DNA of 64,000 bases from Terracidiphilus sp. Lineage in GTDB: Bacteria > Acidobacteriota > Terriglobia > Terriglobales > Acidobacteriaceae. Shown here one piece after another: positions 50,887-59,984 of this stretch. The DNA lies in contig JBEKIE010000001.1 in assembly GCA_050011915.1 (NCBI GenBank), positions 7,675 through 71,674 of the forward strand, written 5' to 3'. A program made the translations under genes and the position numbers. The stretch's first letter is position 1; each line of letters starts with the position of its first letter. The notes under the pieces are model-generated. The model made no database searches. It was given only the letters and a program-made list of their open reading frames with translations, and was not told the DNA's origin.

Positions 50887-51630
50887 ATGCTCTGTGAAGT
50901 CGTCACGGTGCGCGATCACTCGTTTCTCTCCCGCCCTCTCTGTGAGGACTCTCTGGTTCTCGATCTAGGCGCGAATCTGGGCGAGTTTTCCGCTGGCGTA
51001 ATCGCGCACTTCGGCTGTCGCGTGGCCGCGGCAGAGCCTCTGGAAGAGCTGATCGCGCAAATTCCCAAAAATAGGCTGCTGACCGTGTTGCCCGTTGCCG
51101 TTGGCGGCAGCAACGGTTCGATCGCCATCAGCGTCTTTCCGGATCGCTGCGCCAGCGTCTGCGGCCCGGTTGCCGCGCAGGAGCCGTGCACGGTGCGCGA
51201 GATTCCGATGGTGACGCTGAAGGAATTCCGCGGCCGGGTGCATGCCCCGCAGGTAGATTTGATGAAGGTCGATATCGAAGGCGCCGAGATTGAGCTCTTC
51301 AATGGCTCAACGGACGGCGAACTGCTCGAAATCGGCCAGATCACAGTCGAATTCCACGACTTCCTCTACCGCGGTCAGCGGAAACCCGCTCGAGAGGTTC
51401 TTGCGCGCATGGAATCGCTCGGGTTCAGGATCGTTCACTTCTCCTTCGACAACACGAATGTGCTGCTTGTGAATCCGCGTATCCCGCTGACCGGGGTGCA
51501 ACTGGCCTTGCTGCGCCTCCGGGGCTTGGGGCCTGCCATGGGGCGCAGTGCTCTGCGGACCAGGAAGCGCATCAAGCGCGCCATCAAGCGAGTGCTGAAG
51601 GCGACGCGTCTGATGCGCCCGGACCGGTAG
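50887..51630 (+). CDS. FkbM family methyltransferase
   Basis: VLDLGANLG, EP, MKVDIEGAE, VEFH. Confidence 0.9.
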   Translation: MLCEVVTVRDHSFLSRPLCEDSLVLDLGANLGEFSAGVIAHFGCRVAAAEPLEELIAQIPKNRLLTVLPVAVGGSNGSIAISVFPDRCASVCGPVAAQEPCTVREIPMVTLKEFRGRVHAPQVDLMKVDIEGAEIELFNGSTDGELLEIGQITVEFHDFLYRGQRKPAREVLARMESLGFRIVHFSFDNTNVLLVNPRIPLTGVQLALLRLRGLGPAMGRSALRTRKRIKRAIKRVLKATRLMRPDR

Positions 51631-51881
51631 GGCGGCGCCCAAAGAGCTGAGCGATGCGAACCGGAAAACCCCTCAGGGGAGCGCAACCGCACAGGCAATA
51701 GCTTTTTCAGGCGGTTGTTCACCGCAAAGATCTGAACCGCGGCGTGATCGAGCTGCGTGTGAAGCACGCGTTGGATTGTGGTCACGGCTTCCTGCTCCCT
51801 GACCTATCCACCTTCCGGACCGCCAGGGGCAACCGGCTCTAGCGATGCGGGCGAATGCTGCATCTGCAAGCGGCCGGCTCA

Positions 51882-52364
51882 CTACTGTGTCGGCGGCGGG
51901 GTTGTGCCTGCGGGCGGGGCGGTATCGGCGCCCGTCTGCTTGGTGAACTGGAAGGAGCAGGGGCGGCCCAGGATGCCCGCGCCTTCGTCGCGCTTCCCGG
52001 TGCCCGACGTGTCGGTAAAATTCGCCTCGATGTTGTAGTCGTATTTGTTGCCTTTGAGCTGGGTTACGATGCCTGCCTTTCCGGCCTGCACCGTGCCCTT
52101 GGCATGGAGCTTCGCAGAGCCGTCGGCTCCGATCGCCCCGTCGATCACGAGGTAGCCTGGCCCTCCCTCCTCGCCGTGCTGGCCGTGAAAGCTGCCGTTG
52201 GCGATCGTGCTGACGAATTTCCACGTGTAGGCAGACATGTGGGCACTCGCGTCGCAGGACATGGTTGTGGTCCAAGTGCCGTCGAAACGGCTGCCCGCGG
52301 CCTGAGCCCACAGCAGGATGGGTGTGCAAGCCGCAAAAAGACACAGAACTTTCCTGATTCTCAT
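51882..52364 (-). CDS. Secreted beta-rich hypothetical protein
   Basis: GGAGG RBS, signal peptide, FDGTW, two Cys in the mature part. Confidence 0.8.
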   Translation of the reverse strand: MRIRKVLCLFAACTPILLWAQAAGSRFDGTWTTTMSCDASAHMSAYTWKFVSTIANGSFHGQHGEEGGPGYLVIDGAIGADGSAKLHAKGTVQAGKAGIVTQLKGNKYDYNIEANFTDTSGTGKRDEGAGILGRPCSFQFTKQTGADTAPPAGTTPPPTQ

Positions 52365-52480
52365 GGATGACCTCCATTGCAAGCAGGATATGCCGAGCCG
52401 CACCGTGGTTGACAAGAAGTTTTTTTCGTAAAAGTTTGCTGAGGGCGGGACTAACAGGCTGCGGAAGACCGCCTTGTTTT

Positions 52481-52510
52481 GAAAGGGCACGACTTCAGTC
52501 GTGCCGCGAA
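52481..52510. repeat. REP-like palindrome (GGGCACGACTTCAGTCGTGCCG type)
   Basis: GGCACGAC-TTCA-GTCGTGCC perfect hairpin downstream of bshA. Confidence 0.7.
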
Positions 52511-52586
52511 GGGAACAAAACCAGCCGGGCCCTGAGGGATGTTCTTTGGGAGATTTGTACTCCGTTCCCCATTTTTCCGGAGCCTG

Positions 52587-53753
52587 CTAGGCGGTCTTCC
52601 CGTTTTCTTGTCCGCCGAGCACTTTCTCGTAGAAGCGGACATACTGCGGAACCACAAGGTTCGCGCAGAAACGCTTTTTCGCAGTCTGGCGGGCAGCCTC
52701 GCGCATGGCATTCAGGCGCGAAGAATCGCTCAGTAGGCTGAGGGCACCTGCCGCCATCCCCTCCACGTCGCCGACGGCGTAGAGCAGGCCGGTGACACCG
52801 TCATCGATGAGCTCCGGAACGCCGCCGACGCGTGTGGCAATGGACGGAACCTTGCAGGCCATGGCCTCGAGCGCGGCCAGGCCAAAGGACTCCATCTCGC
52901 TCGGCATCAGAAACAGATCGGCCAGCGCCAGCAATTCGCTCACGCGCTCCTGCTTGCCCAGGAAATGCACGCGGCTGTGGATGCCGAGGTCGTGGGCCAG
53001 CCACTCCGCGGAGGAGCGGTCCGGCCCGTCGCCCACCAGCACCAGTTGCGCCCGGCACTCTCGAGCCACGCGCGCAAACACCTTCACCACGTCGGTCACG
53101 CGCTTCACGGGGCGGAAGTTCGAAAGGTGCATGAGGATCGGCTCGTCGGGCGCAGCAAAGTGATGGCGCTCGCACTCTTTTTCTCTCTGCGCTTCGTCCT
53201 TCATCGGCGTGTACACGTCGCAATTCACGAAATTCGTGATGGTCTCAATGGGGCGCGTGATATTGAAGTCGGCGAGGGTTTTTTCGCGCAGGTAGTTGGA
53301 GATGGCGGTCACGCCGTCGCTCTCCTGGATGGCGTACCGGGTGATCGGCAGATAGCTGCGGTCGAGCCCGACCAGTGTGATGTCGGTCCCGTGCAGAGTG
53401 GTCACGAAGGGCAGATGGCGGCCGCGCGCGGCGAGTATCTGGCGCGCCAGCAGCGCGGAAACCGAGTGCGGAATTGCGTAGTGCACGTGCAGCAGGTCGA
53501 GCCCGTAATACTCGGCAACTTCAGACATGCGCGAGGCCAGCGCCAGATCGTACGGGGGAAACTCGAAGAGCGGGTAACTCGAGACAGGAACCTCGTGATA
53601 ATAAATGCCGTCGTCGCGGCCGCTCAGCCTGAAGGGCTGCGAATAGGAGATGAAGTGAATCTCGTGGCCGAGCGCGGCCAGCTCGATGCCCAGCTCCGTG
53701 GCGACAACGCCGGAGCCTCCGTAGGTGGGATAACATGTGATCCCGATGCGCAT
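52587..53753 (-). CDS. bshA: N-acetyl-alpha-D-glucosaminyl L-malate synthase (bacillithiol synthesis)
   Basis: IGITCYPTYGGSGVVATELG, HVHYAIPH, TTLHGTDIT, SNFRPVKR, ESFGLAALEAM. Confidence 0.95.
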   Translation of the reverse strand: MRIGITCYPTYGGSGVVATELGIELAALGHEIHFISYSQPFRLSGRDDGIYYHEVPVSSYPLFEFPPYDLALASRMSEVAEYYGLDLLHVHYAIPHSVSALLARQILAARGRHLPFVTTLHGTDITLVGLDRSYLPITRYAIQESDGVTAISNYLREKTLADFNITRPIETITNFVNCDVYTPMKDEAQREKECERHHFAAPDEPILMHLSNFRPVKRVTDVVKVFARVARECRAQLVLVGDGPDRSSAEWLAHDLGIHSRVHFLGKQERVSELLALADLFLMPSEMESFGLAALEAMACKVPSIATRVGGVPELIDDGVTGLLYAVGDVEGMAAGALSLLSDSSRLNAMREAARQTAKKRFCANLVVPQYVRFYEKVLGGQENGKTA

Positions 53754-53819
53754 GGTGCCTCTTGAAATTCGTTCTGTGCTGCTAGAGTAGCGAGCCGGAA
53801 GTTCGCATCAGAATGAGAT

Positions 53820-53875
53820 TGTCATCCTGAGCGGAGTCCCGGCGTGCCGGGACGGAGTCGAAGGATCTGCGGTTG
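53820..53875. repeat. REP-like element (TGTCATCCTGAGCG..CGAAGGATCT type) with inserted hairpin
   Basis: GTCATCCTGAGCGGA-GTCCCGGC.GT.GCCGGGAC-GGAGTCGAAGGATCT. Confidence 0.75.
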
Positions 53876-53949
53876 TCTTTCTGTTGACTGCTGACGCACC
53901 ACACTAGGTTAAGGACGCTCGCTGTTCAGCGCAAGGTGCAAGGCTTAGG

Positions 53950-54819
53950 TTAATCGTCTGCCGCCTGCTGCGCATTGGGCGCAATGTCGGCAAAGGAAAT
54001 AAGCTCGATGCCGGGGGCCCCGGGAATTGCGGCCAGGGCCACGCGTTCGAGGTCACGTGAGGCGCGCAGCCGTGTGCGCACTCGTCCCAGATCGGCGTCG
54101 TTATAGCCGGGATGCGTCACCAGCTCCCATGTGCCGGTGGGGAGCTGCGCGAGCAGGGAGCGCAACGTAGCCGCATCCAGGCTTCCCGTGCCGGCCACGG
54201 CGATCGTTCCGTCGCTGGTCACAAATCCCTCCTCCGCGATGATGCGGCGGCACAGCGGCTCGAGCCAGCGCACAGCGGTTACCTGGGCCAGGCGAAGCCA
54301 GGGTGCGCCATGCGTGGCGCGGACGGCCCATCCGGGCTCAAACGGATTGCGAATGACGCGGATTCCGCAGGCTCGTGCCGCGCGGAGAACCGGGCGGAGC
54401 ACGGAGGGAAAGATATGCGTGTGCTTGTGCGTGTCGATGTGCGTCAAGCGCACCCCGCGACGCTGCAAATGCGCGATTTGCGCGACGGTTTCGGCCTCGA
54501 TCTCTTGCGCGCGAATGCGGTCCGTGAAAAGCCGCAGCAGAAATCCCTTAAGCGATTGCGAAAATTGCCCGGTCTTTCCATCCACGAGGCTCGGAATCTG
54601 TTCCGGCGGAAGTACCGGCTCGCCATCGATAAGGACCACGTGGCAGCCGACGCCCAACGACGGGGTCGCGCAAGCCAGCTCGATGGCCTCCTCGGTCGCG
54701 CCGGCGCGCGCCATGAGCGACGTGCTCGTCACCAGGCCCGCTGCATGCAACTCGATGATGGCCCGGTTCACGCCCGGTGTCAGTCCAAAATCGTCGGCGT
54801 TGACGATGAGACGGCCCAC
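53950..54819 (-). CDS. hpnK: ChbG/HpnK family deacetylase
   Basis: LIVNADDFG, HIDTHKH.H, ELVTHPG. Located in the hopanoid cluster. Confidence 0.82.
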   Translation of the reverse strand: MGRLIVNADDFGLTPGVNRAIIELHAAGLVTSTSLMARAGATEEAIELACATPSLGVGCHVVLIDGEPVLPPEQIPSLVDGKTGQFSQSLKGFLLRLFTDRIRAQEIEAETVAQIAHLQRRGVRLTHIDTHKHTHIFPSVLRPVLRAARACGIRVIRNPFEPGWAVRATHGAPWLRLAQVTAVRWLEPLCRRIIAEEGFVTSDGTIAVAGTGSLDAATLRSLLAQLPTGTWELVTHPGYNDADLGRVRTRLRASRDLERVALAAIPGAPGIELISFADIAPNAQQAADD

Positions 54820-54908
54820 TCGCTGAGTCTATCAACTTGCGCCGGTGCGCCCTCCGCATAGTGAATGCACTGGTATCATGACAGTAGGCGCACTCCGCGC
54901 AACGGCGT

Positions 54909-54985
54909 GGGCGGTTAGCTCAGTTGGTTAGAGCGCCTGCCTTACAAGCAGGAAGTCGGGGGTTCGAGTCCCTCACTGCCCACCA
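54909..54985 (+). tRNA. tRNA-Val(TAC)
   Basis: Acceptor stem GGGCGGT/ACTGCCC, anticodon arm CCTGC-CTTACAA-GCAGG, T-loop GTTCGAG, encoded CCA. Confidence 0.97.
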
Positions 54986-55167
54986 ATTCTAAAATCGATC
55001 ACTTGCTCGAATTGTCCCGATAGTGGAAATACAAAGGCAGCCGGTCAATCAGCGCATTGGGCCGCCAACCTACCGACGGCGCGTTCATAAACGGCACGGT
55101 GCGGGATAATTTCAAATGGCATTCATGCATTCATCACCGAAGATCTAAAGGGTATGGAGGTGACCAC

Positions 55168-56064
55168 TTGGAAACCGGCCAATCGATCCTATTTGAACCG
55201 CATTTCACGGCGTTCATTGACTTGCTAGGCTTCGCTGAGGCTAGCATTGGAGGCGACGATTTCACCCGCGCTAAGGTGTTGGCTTTTTTGCTGTCAATTT
55301 CATCAATTCGTAGCGAATTCGACTTCAAATCTGAGGCAGCGGAAAATAGCACGTCAATACAAATCAGGCCAACGATAAGCACGTTTTCAGACCACATTGT
55401 CATTAGCTACCCGTTGAAGCGAATTGCAGCCAGTTTGGGGAAGGATGACTCACACGTTCCATTGCACGTGCTGTCTGGCTTTTCATCAATGCTCACGAGC
55501 ATCGCGGTTGCCGCGCTATCCATCGGGTTCCTAATACGCGGCGGCGCGGCAATAGGCAATTTGTACCATTCAGGCGGGATCGTTTTCGGAGAGGCAATGG
55601 TCAAGGCTTATTCGCTTGAGTCCAAGACGGCAATCTACCCACGAGTTGTCCTGTCTCAGGATGTATGCACTCAAACCGACTGGATTAGGTGGGGCAAAAT
55701 GTACCTTCGCAGGGGAACCGACGGACTTTATTACTTCAACTACTACCGTGACCTTGTTCTCCGTTCCGCGCCTCCTGGCGACGGATGGATAGATGGGACG
55801 AAAGCGTGGTCTGCCCACCTTAATCAATTATTGGCTGAGAATCTGTCCAAGCTAGAGAAAGAAAGCAGTATAGCGGCTTTTTCAAAATGGGCGTGGTTTG
55901 CAAATGAACTCTACGCCGCGATGAGCGAAATACCAGTTGATAGCCGAAGGGCACTTGGGCTTGACGTTGAGGCCATCCCCAAGGCGGTGTTCTCTATACC
56001 GGGTGAAGCCCAATCGAGCGAGCAGAAACCGGCCGATCAGGCTACCTCGCTGTCAGTCCCTTAA
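55168..56064 (+). CDS. Uncharacterised protein with class III nucleotidyl cyclase-like motifs
   Basis: GGAGGT precedes TTG. AFIDLLGF, FSDHIVI, IRGGAAIG, FGEAMVKAYSLES, YPRVV. Visibly AT-richer. Confidence 0.7.
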   Translation: METGQSILFEPHFTAFIDLLGFAEASIGGDDFTRAKVLAFLLSISSIRSEFDFKSEAAENSTSIQIRPTISTFSDHIVISYPLKRIAASLGKDDSHVPLHVLSGFSSMLTSIAVAALSIGFLIRGGAAIGNLYHSGGIVFGEAMVKAYSLESKTAIYPRVVLSQDVCTQTDWIRWGKMYLRRGTDGLYYFNYYRDLVLRSAPPGDGWIDGTKAWSAHLNQLLAENLSKLEKESSIAAFSKWAWFANELYAAMSEIPVDSRRALGLDVEAIPKAVFSIPGEAQSSEQKPADQATSLSVP

Positions 56065-56085
56065 AACGCGCTCATAATGCAACCC

Positions 56086-56616
56086 CTAACCCAGGTCCAT
56101 ACTGAATTTGCCAAAGAAGGTACTGTAGGTGCCGGTCACCATGGTCAGAGTTCCCGCTACGACGTTCAGCTCCAGATCGGACTTGCGCGTGATGGGGACA
56201 TTGAGAGTCGCGGCGCTGTGATACACCTGCACGAGCTCGATCGTGTGCCTTCCAGCCGGGACCACCAAATCGGCGGTTTCGTTCATTTGAATGGTTCGCA
56301 CTGCATTGCCGTCAATGAGGATCGTAATGGTGATTTGACCGAAGAAGAAGCCTATTTCACCGAGCGTGAGCCTGACATAGCCCGATGTTGCCGGCGCCTG
56401 AGCCGCAACGGGGTAGGAGATTGGCGCTGACGGAGAAACACCCGCTCCATCATCAGGAGCGACCTGGTTCACGGCGGCGCCGCATTGCGCACAAAACGCC
56501 GCGCCATCTTTAACAATGTCGCCGCACATGGGACAGTGCCTGACAGGGGCTCCGCACTCCCCGCAAAACTGCGCGCCCTCTTTGAGCGGCTGGCCGCATT
56601 TCGTACAGTTTGACAT
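56086..56616 (-). CDS. Double zinc-ribbon domain protein
   Basis: CTKC..FCGECG..CPMCG..FCAQCG, then a beta-sandwich-like C-terminus. AGGAG RBS. Confidence 0.88.
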   Translation of the reverse strand: MSNCTKCGQPLKEGAQFCGECGAPVRHCPMCGDIVKDGAAFCAQCGAAVNQVAPDDGAGVSPSAPISYPVAAQAPATSGYVRLTLGEIGFFFGQITITILIDGNAVRTIQMNETADLVVPAGRHTIELVQVYHSAATLNVPITRKSDLELNVVAGTLTMVTGTYSTFFGKFSMDLG

Positions 56617-56763
56617 CCGCACTCCTCGAATCAAAGGTCCGTCTGGTTGTAGCGAGGATCATAGGTGCGCGTACCGGAATCGTCAACCAACTCCGCACCG
56701 GTTCGGCTGCGCATACCCGACCTCTTCAGCGATGATAGAAGATGCATCGGAACTGGTGAGACG

Positions 56764-58176
56764 GTGAGTGATCTACGCCTGGGACGGGGGAAAACGGCAA
56801 TCGTAGTCGGCGGAGGCGTGGCCGGCATGAGCGCGGCCTGTGCGCTGGCCGATGCCGGGCTCCGCGTGCAGCTTGTCGAGCGGCGAGGCTATCTCGGCGG
56901 CCGGGCCAGCTCCTATCGCCATCCCGGCGTGGACGAGATCATCGACAACTGCCAGCACGTGCTCTTCGGCTGCTGCACGAATCTCATAGGGTTCTACACG
57001 CGCATTGGGGTCGAGAAGAGAATTCACTGGACGCGCACCATGACCATGATCGAGCCGGGCGGACGGCGCTCCGTGCTTGGTCCCAGTTGGCTGCCGGCTC
57101 CGTTGCATGGTTTGCCCAGCCTGCTCACGGCCAAAGCCTTCACACGCGAAGACAAGAAAACCCTGATGCGTGCCTTTCGCGCGCTCATGCGGCCTGTTGC
57201 GCCGGAATCCGCCCAGACTCTTGGTAGTTGGCTGCGCTTGAACGGCCAGACCGAGGGCGCCATGGAGCGCTTCTGGCGGCTGGTGATCGCCAGCGCCCTC
57301 AATGGCGATGTCGACGAGATTGCGCTGCCCTATGCGGCTAAAGTGATCCGCGAATTGTTTCTGAATTCTGCCGAGGCCGGCGCCATGGGCATGAGCTCCG
57401 TGCCGCTGAGCGAGCTCTACTCAGGCGCGGAACAGTTCCTGCGTGAACGCGGCGGCGAAGTCCACTTCAACGCAGGTGTGGAGAGCGCGAGGTTGGACGA
57501 AGAGACCTCCGGGTGGACGGTGGCCACGCGCGCGGGTGAACTCTTTGCCGATTACCTCGTGCTCGCCGTGCCCTTCGAGGTTATGGCCAGGCTTTTGCCG
57601 CAGATGCCTCCGGCCGCCGGCGTCGAAGCTCTCGCCGAACAGATTGAGCGCCACGAGCACGGCCCCATCTGCAGTGTGCATCTCTGGTTCGATCGCGAGA
57701 TCACGGAACTCGAACACGCCGTGCTGCTCGACCGCGAGATTCACTGGATGTACAACAAAAGCCGCTTGCAGCCGGGGCGCAACGCGAAGGGCAGTTATCT
57801 CGAGCTGGTCGTGAGCGCCTCGCACAAGTTTGCCGCGCTCAGCCGAGGAGAGGCAATCGATCTGGCGGTGCGCGAGCTCAAAGAGTTCTTTCCCGCTGTG
57901 GCCGCAGCGAAGCTCGAAAAGGCTGCGCTGGTCAAGGAAGTCCGCGCCACGTTCACCGTGCCGCCGGGGATCGATGCGGCACGTCCCGGTTCCGTGTCGC
58001 CGTGGCCAAACTGTGTGCTGGCCGGCGACTGGATTGCGACCGGCTGGCCCTCCACGATGGAGAGCGCCGCGCGCAGCGGACATCTGGCCGCCGAGGCCGT
58101 GTGCGCTTTCCTTAATGCACTGCGCACCTTCCTCAGCCCCGATCTCAAGCCCCGTGGGCTGATGCGGTGGCGGTGA
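56764..58176 (+). CDS. hpnE: Hydroxysqualene dehydroxylase
   Basis: GGGVAG, LGGRASS, DNCQHVLFGCC, ATF, LAGDWIATGWPSTMESAARSG. Confidence 0.92.
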   Translation: MSDLRLGRGKTAIVVGGGVAGMSAACALADAGLRVQLVERRGYLGGRASSYRHPGVDEIIDNCQHVLFGCCTNLIGFYTRIGVEKRIHWTRTMTMIEPGGRRSVLGPSWLPAPLHGLPSLLTAKAFTREDKKTLMRAFRALMRPVAPESAQTLGSWLRLNGQTEGAMERFWRLVIASALNGDVDEIALPYAAKVIRELFLNSAEAGAMGMSSVPLSELYSGAEQFLRERGGEVHFNAGVESARLDEETSGWTVATRAGELFADYLVLAVPFEVMARLLPQMPPAAGVEALAEQIERHEHGPICSVHLWFDREITELEHAVLLDREIHWMYNKSRLQPGRNAKGSYLELVVSASHKFAALSRGEAIDLAVRELKEFFPAVAAAKLEKAALVKEVRATFTVPPGIDAARPGSVSPWPNCVLAGDWIATGWPSTMESAARSGHLAAEAVCAFLNALRTFLSPDLKPRGLMRWR

Positions 58177-58203
58177 TGCCCTTCCGCTGCCGTTGAGAGA
58201 AGG

Positions 58204-58584
58204 CTACTCTGGTTGGCGATTTCGCAGCGGCAGAAGCCGGAGCCGCGTGCGTCTGGGTTCGATGGTGAGGAGTGCTCCCATCTCCAACTCTGCATTCATC
58301 TGCTTGAGAGCCTGGCAAACCTGTCTGCCAACTGACGCCGGTCGAAGGTCGTTGCCGCGAATCTGCACGACACTCGGCTTGTCTCGGTTTGCAGTCGCGA
58401 GCGCAGCCCCGAAATCCAGGTCGTTGGTCAGGACGGTTAGGCCGTTTTCGGCTGCAAAAGCCATGATTGCGAGGTCTGGAGTATTAGCAGGACCGAGTTC
58501 GGACCAATGAACAGAGTCGATGCCAGCCTTTTCGAGCGTCTTGCCCCAGATCGGGGACAGATTCATGTCGATCAGAACCTTCAT
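58204..58584 (-). CDS. DUF5615 PIN-like toxin (VapC45-like)
   Basis: KVLIDMNLSP, D..I...A, LTNDLDFG, PSVVQIR. Confidence 0.9.
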   Translation of the reverse strand: MKVLIDMNLSPIWGKTLEKAGIDSVHWSELGPANTPDLAIMAFAAENGLTVLTNDLDFGAALATANRDKPSVVQIRGNDLRPASVGRQVCQALKQMNAELEMGALLTIEPRRTRLRLLPLRNRQPE

Positions 58585-58811
58585 GCGCTGGCCAGCATGA
58601 TCTCCCGCTCATCGCTGCGCCACGCGGCGTAGCGCAAGGCCTGCAGAACGTCTTCGCGCTCAAGGTAAGGATAATCGGCGAGGAGCTCATCAATGCTGAC
58701 ACCAGCTCCGATCTGTCCGACGATCATGCCGACAGTCACGCGCATGCCTCGGATACAGGGCCTGCCGCCCATCATCTCCGGGCTCTGTGTGATGCGGTCA
58801 AAGTCGGACAT
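58581..58811 (-). CDS. DUF433 antitoxin (VapB45-like)
   Basis: RIT..P..MGGRPCIRGMRVTV, ELLADYPYLE.EDV..AL.YA. ATGA overlap with the toxin. Confidence 0.93.
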   Translation of the reverse strand: MSDFDRITQSPEMMGGRPCIRGMRVTVGMIVGQIGAGVSIDELLADYPYLEREDVLQALRYAAWRSDEREIMLASA

Positions 58812-58938
58812 CTCAGCCTCCTGATCGCTCTAGGGTTGATGATAGCTCTTTCAGAATCGAATTCCAACTAGATGGAACCACGGCTCAGACATGCCGGTTG
58901 GAAACAACTGACTGAAAACCACCGGCAACAGCCTTCCG

Positions 58939-59358
58939 TTAGTGCGCCAAGAGGTAAACTCCCACGCACACCAGCAGCGCCGACGCCCATCTGCGATGGT
59001 CCACGTTTTCCTTAAGGAAGATTTTGCCGGCGACGGCATTGGTGACCAGCGTAAGCGAGGCTGAGGCAGGACCCACGAGGCTAAGATTCAGGTGATTGAG
59101 CGCAAAGAGCAGCGAGAAAAAGGCCAGCGCCAGAAAAAAGACTCCCGCGAAAAACAGCGGGCAGGTGAGCACGGCGCGGATCGCGCCCTTCAGGCCCGAG
59201 TGCGCGCGAATCACGTCCAGGTCGCCAATCGACTTCATGGCTGCGGCGGTAAGCACCTCGCCGGTCGTCGAAGTGAGCACCACGGCGGCAATCATCGCCG
59301 TTGCAGCCCATGGATTGATGGTTGCCGGCAGAGGCATGGCGGCGAGTGGGATCGTCAT
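58939..59358 (-). CDS. EamA/SMR-like small transporter subunit
   Basis: Four TM helices. LSLVGP, FLKENV..RRW...LLV.VGV. Confidence 0.85.
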   Translation of the reverse strand: MTIPLAAMPLPATINPWAATAMIAAVVLTSTTGEVLTAAAMKSIGDLDVIRAHSGLKGAIRAVLTCPLFFAGVFFLALAFFSLLFALNHLNLSLVGPASASLTLVTNAVAGKIFLKENVDHRRWASALLVCVGVYLLAH

Positions 59359-59798
59359 CGCGCCTGAACCTCCCGGTCTGCGGATTCCTTTGCCTCCGGA
59401 GCAGGGTGCTGGGTGAGGGAAGGCCCGTGCGCGACGAATCCCACGCCCAGCGTGATGAGCAAGATGCCCGCCCAGCGCTCGAGAGAAATCGACTCGTTCA
59501 ACCAGAAACGCGACAGCAGCGCAATGATCACGTAGCCGAAGGCCGTTGCCGGCAAAACAAAGGTCAGGTCGGCCCAGGAGAGCGCGGTGAGATAGCTGGC
59601 GAAGAAGCCGATCAGCAGCGCAATCCCCAGGGCGATCCACGGTGTGAAGACAGCGGCGATGAGCGCGCCTGGGTGCGCCAGGGTAATGGGCGGCATTGCG
59701 GCCATGCCGCGCTTCAGGCAACTGTCTCCCAGCGGGGCAGAGACGGCCACCAGGCCCAAAATCAGGTATTGGCGCGGAGACAGTGAGTGATGCACCAT
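59355..59798 (-). CDS. EamA/SMR-like small transporter subunit
   Basis: ALSWADLTFVLP, LNESIS.ERW.GILLI.LGV. ATGA overlap with its partner. Confidence 0.87.
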   Translation of the reverse strand: MVHHSLSPRQYLILGLVAVSAPLGDSCLKRGMAAMPPITLAHPGALIAAVFTPWIALGIALLIGFFASYLTALSWADLTFVLPATAFGYVIIALLSRFWLNESISLERWAGILLITLGVGFVAHGPSLTQHPAPEAKESADREVQAR

Positions 59799-59984
59799 GA
59801 TCGTTCAGTCTATCCGTTGCGGCATAAAGAAAGAGAGAGCAGGCGTCACGTTATTTGACTGCCAGATTTTGCACGATGCCGGGGCGCCCCGGGTCTCGTC
59901 CGCCGCAGCGGATGAGACCGGGATACCGGGATCACGGAGCCCGAGTTCGCGCGGCCAAAGCCTATCGCGGCCGGCTGCGATGGT

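Noticed and set aside
51435-51785. 116-aa minus-strand ORF with a protein-like N-terminus
   Set aside because: It overlaps the FkbM gene antisense by about 200 nt and has no motif. At most a remnant.
43932-53753. Mycothiol pathway suggested by ino1 plus a GT4 enzyme
   Set aside because: The GT4 carries BshA signatures (CYPTYGGSG, HYAIPH), no mshB/C/D is seen, and the genes are unlinked.
54986-58900. Integrative element at tRNA-Val
   Set aside because: No integrase, and I found no duplicated tRNA 3' end (attR) by eye. The core gene hpnE resumes at about 56764.
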